From a candidate division WOR-3 bacterium (lineage in GTDB: Bacteria; SDB-A), in contig JAFGSQ010000007.1 in NCBI GenBank assembly GCA_016934535.1, positions 1 through 64,000 on the forward strand: 64,000 bases of DNA, read 5' to 3'. Within the stretch, counting starts at the first letter, position 1, and every line of letters starts with the position of its first letter. Position numbers and translations under genes: made by a program. This document shows positions 21,301 through 29,857 of this stretch, in pieces. The notes beneath the pieces were generated by a model. The model searched no databases. It saw nothing but the letters and a program-made list of their open reading frames with translations, and was not told where the DNA came from.

Positions 21301-22488
21301 CCTTACGAAAAAAGCCGGATGAGAACCGAAATAGCTCTGCATTTTATCCTCACCGGAGAAAAAGACAAAGCCCTCGATATAGTAAGAAAAATTGAAAATG
21401 ACATAGAAAGGGATGAATCTCTTTCAAAGCTGTCTGAAAAAACAGCGCTTTTGGCAGGACCCGAAGAGGCGCAGGGAATTCTCAATGAAATTTCCCAGGA
21501 CTGGCTGAGAAAAGAGACGATATCTCAAATCGTCATGAAATTCGCCGAGAGGAAAGATTATCAGACTGCTCTGTTTTATGCCGGAAAAACCGGAGACACA
21601 GCATGCGTATCTGTTCTTTACGCAAAAATAGCATGTTCTGCATACAAGGAAAAAAGCAGAGCTGAGTTTGAAAATATTTTTTTGTCCGCCGTAAACATGA
21701 CTCGACAGATATCCTGCGAAAAACATAAATCGAGAGCGCTTTCGGAGATAGCGGCGTGTCTTCTCAAAGTTGACCTTGTGGACAAAGCAATCGAAGTCTC
21801 TGAACTGATAACTGATCCGTTCGAAAAGTTCCAGGCGGTTTTGTTTCTCGAAGACTGGATGTTTGAAAACGGATACCGAAAGAAAGCGCTGGAATTGTCG
21901 GATCACGTTTACGGGATTCTGAAACTCATTGAAAATCACGACGAAAGATCCGAAGCATACGCCGAGTTTGTCAGAAACCTGATTAATAACAGAGACGCCG
22001 GTAAAGCCGAGGCAATTGCGGAAGAGATATCCGACAGCGACAGAAAGGCGAGGCTGCTGGCTCTGATTGTATTGGAAAAGTTCAAAGAAAGGGGATCGGA
22101 TGATTGTTCCCGTCTTTTGAGCAAGATATTTGATGCTGCCGACAAGATTCAAAACAGAAAAGACAGATCGAAATCACTGGAGGATATTTTTGTGATGTGC
22201 CTGACGGAAAATTACCTGGAAAAGATTGGAAAATTTTTAAGAACTTCATTTTTGCATCCTGAACTGTCGAGGGATTCGGCAAGCGCCCTTTACAATGCAC
22301 TTATACAGACGAGTTATCAGGACAGAATGAGAATTATAGAATCAATGCGTATATTTTTTCCTGTTTTCTCAGGAACAGCAACCCGTCTGGCTTTGATTTC
22401 GCTTGTCAAAGCGGGTGAGATGTCTTCTGTCTCGGAAATACTAAAAACAGTTCCCGAACTCTCCCGCTGCCGGACCGGAAATTACTGA
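18304..22488 (+). CDS. Large P-loop NTPase (STAND/NACHT-like) with C-terminal TPR/HEAT-like repeats
   Basis: Walker A GEEGSGKS, Walker B ILLVIDG; many helical repeats of the type A..IA..I.D...(R/K)S.AL..IA. Confidence 0.7.
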   Translation: MPRKKQTEKKIIAEQKPAEAEIKVSDFIKSGKKILLITGEEGSGKSFLLDRFFKESNCAGTSEKVFRYDIDNLRKLSNPLDFLEFFADSLDSAFELKGFDRGNTIYEKTQKIQDRFNAINSFHNPERILLVIDGAEKYSEITKFIPCPCDWFRFIISSRKNELLKFWACKWSENDFLEIDLGKGDCSQILEKMDPETKNFIKNSISKAEEISPSDMIIACAAFEMSGDSQKSFDAESYCMKICEHLRLKEAETVEAKVILSLSACGFPVRGKDLSALTGIAVNTALKKPKGLGRLIKTGLDKKGELLVEIANRKFSEFVRVEFSCQIGKIESKIVGFLSEKAKPIDLDFREFCLKFRACTISNDFVTGKGFELETLKAFAWDMYYETSDLSIPLGLISKAVEYNLGKNPRNELCESNLVSLFLYSEELFNSKNTEKENESSVFTQFLKEGVSEVQTALSKMSKLDDLAYYSYTVLLTLSLVLARGKRKENTDVTLGSLFEDVFIRLSEGTGDWRFYFSDKFMAYWASFILLVHSSDDVWKFLTIGAIDKNEKDRIALRVIDEMISSKDAEGALVLTKKINDSEEKAQKYSEIALILANSEDPSKALRILMSTGDIKSRASILSLVSKKIASVGQIDEAISIAESIDDKDEKYSAMSFAAVSYAEKMKDSREDNSVLNKALRISEKIEDVYLKNKTIADIAIKVSSARLEEGLSILDRIASDDHEMRSFALSEISKELSEKNMNDKAEDVANIMPDNIYKSSALAFLAKRLYQKGSKEKAYEIADKIPFFSYKFQTLFQMSKDSSKTEDKYDAIPPPPEDEEAEKREAGEKFKEALIKGDVKTALEILDCLIEQIEKIGLLLKTVRSGEELSDSRKRAVFYDSVIEALKKMNLDPSAHMRVMSLIACGMAKTGDVEKALVRMAGDLVKKSFSEETFATAELLNDISGHLVKSMNQTMTYQYIEKPDEFNDKARLLGSIVKMFIENSDIGSAIAISESISEPYEKSRMRTEIALHFILTGEKDKALDIVRKIENDIERDESLSKLSEKTALLAGPEEAQGILNEISQDWLRKETISQIVMKFAERKDYQTALFYAGKTGDTACVSVLYAKIACSAYKEKSRAEFENIFLSAVNMTRQISCEKHKSRALSEIAACLLKVDLVDKAIEVSELITDPFEKFQAVLFLEDWMFENGYRKKALELSDHVYGILKLIENHDERSEAYAEFVRNLINNRDAGKAEAIAEEISDSDRKARLLALIVLEKFKERGSDDCSRLLSKIFDAADKIQNRKDRSKSLEDIFVMCLTENYLEKIGKFLRTSFLHPELSRDSASALYNALIQTSYQDRMRIIESMRIFFPVFSGTATRLALISLVKAGEMSSVSEILKTVPELSRCRTGNY

Positions 22489-22510
22489 TTCTGAAGTCTT
22501 TGAATAATTA

Positions 22511-23494
22511 TCAAATATGATGCCGGTCCAGGATGCCGTTCCATGTGTTGGAAACCACGAGGGAAGCCAGTTCGAGATCCACTTTGGTAAAGGGCGGAGT
22601 CTGCTTGTTGTGCAAAGATATGATGCCTATCAAATCGTCGTTTTCGTCGAAAAGAGGGTAGACCATGATGGATTTGTTTTTGTAGTGTTTCCATCCGCTG
22701 ACGTTTATTTCTTTTTCCTCTGAAATGTCGCTTATGAGAACCGGTTCTTTTTTTGTCATGACCCTTTCGAGTATGGAGCCCTCTTTTAAAGGGAAAGGGA
22801 TTTTGTCCGGAGTGTGACCTTTGTCCAGCGCGTCGAGAAGAACGAGCCCATTTTCCTTCACGAGAAAGAGACTGCCTCCGTCGGATGCCATTTTCTTCGC
22901 GATCTCGGAAAGAAGATCTTTTCCTATTTCGTTGAGTTTTGAGCGCAAAATCACTTTTTTGGAAGATCTGACAATTTCCTTGAGCTTCAGGTTGATGTTT
23001 TCCAGTTCTTCGTTTTTCGCTTTCAGCTGTTCAATGAAATTCCTTCTTTCAGTTACGTCTCTTATTATCGCCTGAAGGATGTCCTCCCCGCCTATGAATA
23101 TCCTGTTTAGGCTGACCTCGCAATAGATCTTGGAGCCGTCTTTTTTTAAAAACTGCCAGTCGAAATTCTGGGAGCGGTCTTTGAAGGTCTGTTCTATGAA
23201 TGACTCTATCGCCTCTTTTGAATTGCGGCCGCCGGGCTGAATATCAGGAGAGAAATCGGAAAGGAGGCATCCGATTATGTCCTCCTTCCCGCGTCCGAAT
23301 ATTCTGCAGGCCTGTGAGTTGCAGTCAATAATGACGTCTATCATGTGAAAAAGCCCGTCAGGCAGGGATTCGAAAAGCACTCTGTATTTTTTTTCGTTTT
23401 CCCAGAGCGCGTTTTCCGACAGTTCCGACTCGCTCCTCAGTTTTTCAAGTTCGGCGATTCTTGCCTCAAGTTCAGAAATCTTTTTGTCTTCCAT
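22511..23494 (-). CDS. PAS + GAF sensor protein without an output domain
   Basis: EKKYRVLFESLPDG, KKDGS, IRDVTER (PAS/PAC); coiled coil; GAF (GGSLFLV, SIMVYPL, LIGIISLHNK..PFT..D). Confidence 0.85.
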   Translation of the reverse strand: MEDKKISELEARIAELEKLRSESELSENALWENEKKYRVLFESLPDGLFHMIDVIIDCNSQACRIFGRGKEDIIGCLLSDFSPDIQPGGRNSKEAIESFIEQTFKDRSQNFDWQFLKKDGSKIYCEVSLNRIFIGGEDILQAIIRDVTERRNFIEQLKAKNEELENINLKLKEIVRSSKKVILRSKLNEIGKDLLSEIAKKMASDGGSLFLVKENGLVLLDALDKGHTPDKIPFPLKEGSILERVMTKKEPVLISDISEEKEINVSGWKHYKNKSIMVYPLFDENDDLIGIISLHNKQTPPFTKVDLELASLVVSNTWNGILDRHHI

Positions 23495-23505
23495 ATTTTT
23501 TACTC

Positions 23506-23531
23506 AGGGAGGGGAAATCCCCTCCCTTTTT
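23506..23531. terminator. Strong hairpin downstream of the S8 peptidase gene
   Basis: AGGGAGGGG-AAAT-CCCCTCCCT perfect 9-bp stem, with the T-run on the + strand. Confidence 0.55.
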
Positions 23532-23533
23532 GT

Positions 23534-25579
23534 TCAGTTGATCTTGACCAGTCTAATACTTCTTGAATCTTTCGAAGTCGTCAGATTGACGATGTAAGAC
23601 CCGCCAGGCAAAATGCTTCCTGTTTCGTCCCTGCCGTCAAAGCTGATCCTCTTAACTCCAGGCATCTGGTGGGAGTCGACAAGCGTTCTTACAAGCCTGC
23701 CGCTCATGTCGAAAACACTTATATTTGTGTGACTTTCGTAGGGTAGTTCGAAATTTATCAGCGAATTGTCACTGAAAACAGGGGATGAAGAATAAAATCC
23801 GAGAGAAGAAACTGATACATCATTTCCGATCTCTTCCTCAATTCCAGTCGAGAGATTGACAACTATCGCCCTCATGAAATAAGTCTCGTCCCATGAAGAC
23901 CATCCGGCGTCGTAGTCCCACGCTCTGCCGTTGTCTGCGTAATCGTAACCGTAAACCGGCATATTGGTGCCGTCGTATATCATTCCGACGACGAAGTTAG
24001 TGTTTGACGAGTACTGGATGTTGGCAGATGAGATATTCCAGAGGTTCCACTGGTTGTCCACGCCGCCTGTAGCAGTCCAGGATCCGGCTTCTGAGCCGGG
24101 CTGGCTTCCTGTCCAGTTCCAGACTTTGAGGTTGAAGTTGTTGTTGCCGCTATTATTTGTTTGTAAATATATCTTTGCGTAAAGGAGTCTGTACGTTCCT
24201 CTTGTCGCGGGCATCGTCATCCTGTTGGCAGAACCGGCTCCCGCGCCGGACCAGTAATAACCGCTGGTCGGTGTCCCGTCGTCGTATATCAGTTCTGTCG
24301 TGTCTCCGCCCGGACCTCCTCCTCCCTGAAGGGCGGCTTGGGCGTTTATTCTTCCGGCGCCCATGTAGCCGCTGTTGTAGTAAGAACAACCAGTCATAGG
24401 GTCGCAGGAGTTGTAGAGCCTGTCTCTTATCTGGGTGTTGGTCTCGGATGGAAACTGGCATCTGACAAGAGTGGCGAGGCCTGCCGTAATCGGACACGCC
24501 ATAGAAGTTCCGTCCATATATGTATACTGACTAAAAGGTACAGTAGAGTATATGTTTGTGCCTGGGGCGGAGATATCTACCCACGTTCCGTAGTTGGAAA
24601 AGCTCGCTTTTTGGTCATTCGAATTTGTTGCGGCGACAGCTATGACATTGGAGTAATATGCCGGATAAACGGGAGTGCTGACGTTGTCGTTCGCCGCCGC
24701 GGCGAATGCGATGACGTCGTAGTTATTGAAGGCGTCGTTGATGGCAGATTCTATTGAGGAGCTTGGAGAATACCCGCCCCAGCTCATAGACAGAGCGTCG
24801 GCGCCGTTCTGAGATGCGAAATAGATACCCTGCGTGAGAGCGGTCGTATAAAGCTGGGTTCTGACGCCTATCAAGCCTATGTTGAATCCTATCGAAGCGA
24901 CTCCGGTTCCGTTGTTTCCTTTGGCGGCGGCGCAGCCCGAGCAGTGAGTCCCGTGGCTTTCGCTCGTGTTCGGCGGAGTGGGATCGCTGTCCATGTCTGC
25001 GTAATCGTATCCGGTCATATAGTTCGGAGACAGGTCTTCGTGACCCATTTCAACCGCGTCGTCTACTATGGCGACTATCTTGCCGTGACTGCCGGTCTGA
25101 ATGTCCCACGCCGCGGAGGCGCTTATCTTAGGAAGAAACCACTGATATGTGTAGTAAGGATCGTTAGGAGTGAGGAAAGGCTCCCATCCGGTGCTGTGTT
25201 TGTTAGTAAAAGCTTCCATTCTATAGTTTGGTTCAGCGAATTCGACTTCGGCACAAGATCTGAATGCGTTTACTGACGACATCGCCATCTGGTCAGATGA
25301 ACAGACGAAAACATAGATCATGTCGAGGCCGTAATCGATGTTTTTCGTGTTGTCATAATCCGGAATGAGCTGTCGGAATGATTGTACCTGATGCTCGGTG
25401 AAAACGGCGTCAAGAGAAGCGTAACCGCTTCTGAGGAACGTATTGTCCGATTCGAAAGAGACTGAATTTCTCAGATCAGTCCTGAATTTGACTATTACTT
25501 CGCCGTCCTTGTGGAGCATTTCAGCCGAAAGAACGGACGCAAAAAGAGCAATCGCAAGAAACACGCGCATCATTTTCAC
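23534..25579 (-). CDS. Secreted S8 subtilisin-like serine peptidase with FlgD/T9SS-like C-terminal domain
   Basis: Signal and pro-peptide; triad VAIVDD, HGTHCSG, GTSMACP; CTD ISVFDMSGRLVRTL...LPGGSY. Confidence 0.93.
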   Translation of the reverse strand: MKMMRVFLAIALFASVLSAEMLHKDGEVIVKFRTDLRNSVSFESDNTFLRSGYASLDAVFTEHQVQSFRQLIPDYDNTKNIDYGLDMIYVFVCSSDQMAMSSVNAFRSCAEVEFAEPNYRMEAFTNKHSTGWEPFLTPNDPYYTYQWFLPKISASAAWDIQTGSHGKIVAIVDDAVEMGHEDLSPNYMTGYDYADMDSDPTPPNTSESHGTHCSGCAAAKGNNGTGVASIGFNIGLIGVRTQLYTTALTQGIYFASQNGADALSMSWGGYSPSSSIESAINDAFNNYDVIAFAAAANDNVSTPVYPAYYSNVIAVAATNSNDQKASFSNYGTWVDISAPGTNIYSTVPFSQYTYMDGTSMACPITAGLATLVRCQFPSETNTQIRDRLYNSCDPMTGCSYYNSGYMGAGRINAQAALQGGGGPGGDTTELIYDDGTPTSGYYWSGAGAGSANRMTMPATRGTYRLLYAKIYLQTNNSGNNNFNLKVWNWTGSQPGSEAGSWTATGGVDNQWNLWNISSANIQYSSNTNFVVGMIYDGTNMPVYGYDYADNGRAWDYDAGWSSWDETYFMRAIVVNLSTGIEEEIGNDVSVSSLGFYSSSPVFSDNSLINFELPYESHTNISVFDMSGRLVRTLVDSHQMPGVKRISFDGRDETGSILPGGSYIVNLTTSKDSRSIRLVKIN

Positions 25580-25683
25580 AAAAGCCTCCCTTTGTTCAGT
25601 CGCAGAAGTTAAACTGTTTTTTTTCAGCGACTTAATGTTATAATTTTACCTCAAAAATATCAAGGTGAAATAACGGAGGAATC

Positions 25684-26787
25684 ATGTCTGAAAATACCAA
25701 GAAAATCGGGATTCTTACAGGAGGGGGAGATTGTCCGGGGCTGAACGCTGTCATAAGAGGGGTCGCCAAATCGGCAATGAACCTCCGAGGGATGAAAGTA
25801 ATCGGTATAGAAGACGGATTTGAGGGCTTCGTAGAATCAAAAAAAATCGATCTGGACGAACAATCGGTTTCAGGGATTATAAACATCGGCGGCACGATTC
25901 TCGGTTCTTCAAACAAGGCCGACCCTTTCCGCTATCCTGTGACAATGCCTGACGGCAAGGTAAACGTGACCGACTCCTCCAAACAGGTACTGTTTAATTA
26001 CCAAAAGTGGGAGCTCGACGCTGTTGTCGCCATAGGAGGCGACGGCACGATGAACATTGCAAAAAAACTCCAGGACGCGGGGATGAACATTGTCGGAGTG
26101 CCTAAAACAATAGACAACGACTTGCAGGGCACGGACGTAACTTTCGGATTTATGACGGCCGTAGACATAGCGACGGAAGCAATAGACAGGCTTCACACAA
26201 CTGCTTCTTCGCACCACAGAGTCATGGTAATAGAGGTCATGGGCAGATACGCCGGCTGGATAGCTCTCGAGGCTGGACTCGCCGGCGGAGGAGACATCAT
26301 TCTCATTCCCGAGATACCGTTTCAATGGGAAGCTGTTTTCGACAAGGTCAAAACGAGGAGCAGAAAAGGGAAAAGATTCAGTATTGTAGTAGTCGCTGAA
26401 GGCGCTCACGCCGAAAACGAAGAACTCGTCGTCAAGGGGCAGGACCCGACGAGAACGGACCCAAAAAGACTCGGAGGCGTGGGAAATTACGTAGCCGCAA
26501 AGATTACTGAAAACACAGGGCTTGAGACGAGAGTCACGGTTCTGGGACATCTTCAGAGGGGAGGATCTCCAAACGCTTTTGACAGAATCCTTTCTACCAG
26601 GTTCGGAACGGAGGCCTCCGATCTGATAGACAGAAACGAATACGGAAAAATGGTGGCGCTCAGGGGCCAGGATATAGTCGCTATCCCTTTGAAAGAAGCC
26701 ATAAACGGACTGAAACTGGTTCCTCCCGGCGGCAAACTCGTCCATTGTGCCAAGTCCGTCGGAACTTGCCTCGGTATCACCGATTGA
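25684..26787 (+). CDS. pfkA: 6-phosphofructokinase (PfkA family)
   Basis: TGGGDCPGLNAVIR, GGDGT, PKTIDND, EVMGR, LGHLQRGG. Confidence 0.95.
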   Translation: MSENTKKIGILTGGGDCPGLNAVIRGVAKSAMNLRGMKVIGIEDGFEGFVESKKIDLDEQSVSGIINIGGTILGSSNKADPFRYPVTMPDGKVNVTDSSKQVLFNYQKWELDAVVAIGGDGTMNIAKKLQDAGMNIVGVPKTIDNDLQGTDVTFGFMTAVDIATEAIDRLHTTASSHHRVMVIEVMGRYAGWIALEAGLAGGGDIILIPEIPFQWEAVFDKVKTRSRKGKRFSIVVVAEGAHAENEELVVKGQDPTRTDPKRLGGVGNYVAAKITENTGLETRVTVLGHLQRGGSPNAFDRILSTRFGTEASDLIDRNEYGKMVALRGQDIVAIPLKEAINGLKLVPPGGKLVHCAKSVGTCLGITD

Positions 26788-26838
26788 CCCTTGACATAAG
26801 GAACCGATCGATTACTTTTCAGATAAAACGGAGGAAAA

Positions 26839-27198
26839 ATGGAAAGGCTGACAAAAGAAACTTTTAAGGTTAAAGTTTTCGACTACGAAAAAGAAGGCGA
26901 TGTCCTGTCAATTAATCCTTTGCCCTGCATAGTTGATTTCTACGCCGATTGGTGCGGACCGTGCAAAATTTTAAAACCTGTTCTTGAAGAAATAGCCCGT
27001 GAGTACGAAGGAAAAATAAGCATCTATTCAGTCGACACGGAAGAACAGCAGGAACTGGCCGCGGCTTTTGGAATACAGAGTATTCCTTCCCTTTTGTTCG
27101 TGCCCAGGGGCGAAAAACCTCAAATGGCGATGGGCGCCTTGCCCAAACCCGCTCTCGAGAAAGCGATAAAAGACGTTCTTAAAGTAAATGCCGTCTAA
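26839..27198 (+). CDS. trxA: Thioredoxin
   Basis: VDFYADWCGPCK active site, IQSIP cis-Pro motif; GGAGG SD. Confidence 0.95.
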   Translation: MERLTKETFKVKVFDYEKEGDVLSINPLPCIVDFYADWCGPCKILKPVLEEIAREYEGKISIYSVDTEEQQELAAAFGIQSIPSLLFVPRGEKPQMAMGALPKPALEKAIKDVLKVNAV

Positions 27199-27973
27199 GC
27201 GCATTCTCGGAGTCGACCTTCACGGGACACTACTCGACGAAAACTGGGGGATAGACGCCTCTCTTACGGAAGAAATAACCGGCTTATTTCTTGAACTCGG
27301 CTCAAATTTCAGGATTTTCATTTGTTCGGGCAACGATCTCGGATTTGTAAAAGATCGCGTCCCTGGAAAAATTATTAACTGCCTGGAAGGACTCGTTCTT
27401 GAAACCGGTTGCGTTTTCAGCGACAAAACAACGGAAAAAGTATTGACCGAAGAAAATTACGCCAACAAGGTGAAAGGTCTCGAAAAAAAACTTAAAGAAA
27501 TGAATCTCGGAAAAGTCAAATATTTTGCCAGGCGCCTTTCTTCAGTCAGTATATTCACGAAAAACGGGATTTCTGGAGAACCGCCCGAAAAAGTATTCGA
27601 AAGGGTTTTAGACTTTTTAACTTCAGATAAAAAAAATGATTTTTACGTCACACATTCGGACGTCGCCGTCGATATAGTTCCTTGCGGCCATAACAAATTA
27701 ACCGGATTGAAAAAAATAGACTCTGGATCGGACGTTTTCGCTGTGGCTGATTCCTTCAACGATCTTTCACTGCTCGGTGGTGCCGATTATTCCTTCGCGC
27801 CATATAACGTCTCCAAAAAGGCGATTTCAGCCCTCAGAGGGAAAAAAGAAGTTGCCGAATTAGACAAAAGAAAGCCTCTTGAAAAAAATAAGCTATACGT
27901 CAGCAGGGAATCTTACGGGCGAGGGACGGCTGAAATTTTAGGATATATTCAGAATCATTTCAGGAATTCGTGA
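27188..27973 (+). CDS. HAD-superfamily hydrolase, subclass IIB-like
   Basis: Motif I variant DLHGTL, motif II CSGN, cap domain, motif III NKLTG, motif IV ADSFND. Confidence 0.8.
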   Translation: MPSKRILGVDLHGTLLDENWGIDASLTEEITGLFLELGSNFRIFICSGNDLGFVKDRVPGKIINCLEGLVLETGCVFSDKTTEKVLTEENYANKVKGLEKKLKEMNLGKVKYFARRLSSVSIFTKNGISGEPPEKVFERVLDFLTSDKKNDFYVTHSDVAVDIVPCGHNKLTGLKKIDSGSDVFAVADSFNDLSLLGGADYSFAPYNVSKKAISALRGKKEVAELDKRKPLEKNKLYVSRESYGRGTAEILGYIQNHFRNS

Positions 27974-28935
27974 AGATCCGAACCGGTTATCCTTTTGAAG
28001 TAACAGTCGAGCGAATCGAAATACTTGCGTCCGGGAAGCATGAAAAAATGTTTTCCAACCGTGAATGCCCGGCGCGATTCGTCTTTAACAAGAAAATCGA
28101 AAGGATTCATTTCCTCGCCTGAAGAATCACAGACCAATCCTCCGGCTTCCGAATACGCCAGGGTTGCACAGGAAAGATCGAGCGCGTCTATGTTTTTCCC
28201 GGCGTAGAAAGAATAAGCTGGAAGAACGCCTGTTGCCGAACAGAAAATCTTGCTGTTCGCGGTTGTGTTGACAAGAAGAGCGAGAAAAGTTCCGGTGAAA
28301 CTGCCCGGGTTTGCTATGTCCTGAGGAAGAAATTTCGCAAGTTTTCTTCCTGTTTCACCCATGACAGTGCTTATCCGTCCTCTGTCTGATTGTTTAAAAA
28401 TGATGTCTGATAAAACCTCTATGCAGGCAGAACCGAAAAAAACTCCTTTGTCCGCTTCGGTAAAAATGGTGCAATCTTCTCCTAAAGCCGGATAGTGCAT
28501 TACTCCCAGGAAAGGTTTTGTGCCTTTCAGAATGCAAAGTGAAAGAGCCCAGAATTTTGACATTCCCGACTGGTCTTTCGACCATTGAACGAAATTTTTT
28601 GTCCCGTCAATGGGATCTAAAAGAAGAGTGTAACCGGATTCGATTTTTCCGACACTCAAAAAACCGTAGAAAGGATTTTTTTCGTCAAAAGGCAGCTCTT
28701 CAGCCACGACGCCCATTTTAAACGGGTATTCGATTGAAATCTCCCTGAGAATGAAATCCTGCACCTTTGTGTCGACGTCGGTTAGGACTGCTTTCTCTTC
28801 GAAAAAAGATTTTTCGGCGTCTGTAGAGGGGTCAACGTTTTTAAGGCTGACAGAAAAGTTCTTACCCGTACTGAGGGCAAATTTTCCCGCCTTGCGAACT
28901 ATTGAGATTATTTTTTCTGTTTCGAAAGCTTGCAT
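27955..28935 (-). CDS. Inositol monophosphatase-family phosphatase (divergent)
   Basis: TDVD, AEE and LDPIDGTKNF metal-binding motifs; LDLSCA in place of the usual WD.AA. Confidence 0.82.
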   Translation of the reverse strand: MQAFETEKIISIVRKAGKFALSTGKNFSVSLKNVDPSTDAEKSFFEEKAVLTDVDTKVQDFILREISIEYPFKMGVVAEELPFDEKNPFYGFLSVGKIESGYTLLLDPIDGTKNFVQWSKDQSGMSKFWALSLCILKGTKPFLGVMHYPALGEDCTIFTEADKGVFFGSACIEVLSDIIFKQSDRGRISTVMGETGRKLAKFLPQDIANPGSFTGTFLALLVNTTANSKIFCSATGVLPAYSFYAGKNIDALDLSCATLAYSEAGGLVCDSSGEEMNPFDFLVKDESRRAFTVGKHFFMLPGRKYFDSLDCYFKRITGSDLHEFLK

Positions 28936-29011
28936 TTTCCTTGTTATTTCCTATAATTGTAATTTAAACTGTATGTTCGGCAAGGGAAATTTTGTTTCTT
29001 TTAATCAGCCT

Positions 29012-29857
29012 ATGAGCAAAAAAATAGTAAAAATAAAAGATGTCATTTGCGGAGGGAAGGATATCTTCCTAATTGCAGGTCCGTGCGTCATCGAAAACGA
29101 ACTTACCGTCATGAAGACTGCACGTATACTCGTTCGAGCCTGTGAAAATTTAGGCGTGAAATTTATATACAAGTCCTCTTTTCTGAAAGACAACAGAAGC
29201 TCTCCGGAAAATTTTAGGGGACCGGGAATGGATAAAGGACTGAAGATTCTGGAAAAAGTTAAAAACGAATTTGATTTGCCGGTCACTTCTGACGTTCACT
29301 CGGAAGCCCAGGCTTATACTTCCTCGGAAACTCTTGACCTGTTGCAGATACCGGCGTATCTGTGCATGCAGACTTCATTGCTTGAAGCGGCCGCCAAAAC
29401 CGGAAAACCCATCAACATAAAACACGGCCAGTTCGTGTCTCCGGAGAATATGAAATATCCTGTAGAAAAAGCCGAAAAAGCCGGTAACGGCTCTTTAATG
29501 TTGACTGAAAGAGGATATGTTTTCGGATACAACGACCTGATAGTAGATCCAAGAAGCTTCTACGAATTGAATAAAATCGGATACCCCGTGATTTTCGACG
29601 CAACTCACAGTGTCAGGCGCTACGGAATACCCAGCGCCCTACCCGAGGGCGGTAGAAAAGAATATCTGGCTACTCTGGCGAGAGCCGCCGTCGCTTCGGG
29701 AATTGACGGGTTGTTTCTCGAAGTTCACCCGTGCCCGGAAGACGCTCTTTGCGATTCTTCCAGCCAGCTCAGAGCTGATGAATTCGAAGAATTTATGAAA
29801 CCACTTATAGAGATTCACAATTTGATAAAAGGCGGATTACATGAGAATATTCCTTGA
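29012..29857 (+). CDS. kdsA: KdsA-family (KDO8P synthase-like) PEP-aldose phosphate synthase, metal-dependent type, divergent
   Basis: IAGPCVIE, FRGPG, TSDVH, ERG, FDATHSV, FLEVHP..ALCD. Start ATG 29012; the track extension to 28751 overlaps the IMPase gene. Confidence 0.85.
   Translation: MSKKIVKIKDVICGGKDIFLIAGPCVIENELTVMKTARILVRACENLGVKFIYKSSFLKDNRSSPENFRGPGMDKGLKILEKVKNEFDLPVTSDVHSEAQAYTSSETLDLLQIPAYLCMQTSLLEAAAKTGKPINIKHGQFVSPENMKYPVEKAEKAGNGSLMLTERGYVFGYNDLIVDPRSFYELNKIGYPVIFDATHSVRRYGIPSALPEGGRKEYLATLARAAVASGIDGLFLEVHPCPEDALCDSSSQLRADEFEEFMKPLIEIHNLIKGGLHENIP

Noticed and set aside
25909-26745. 278-aa ORF antisense to pfkA
   Set aside because: No motifs; explained by codon bias of the sense gene. 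The same applies to 21424..22152 and the other antisense ORFs.
28751-29011. N-terminal extension of kdsA
   Set aside because: Largely antisense to the IMPase gene; family similarity begins at ATG 29012.
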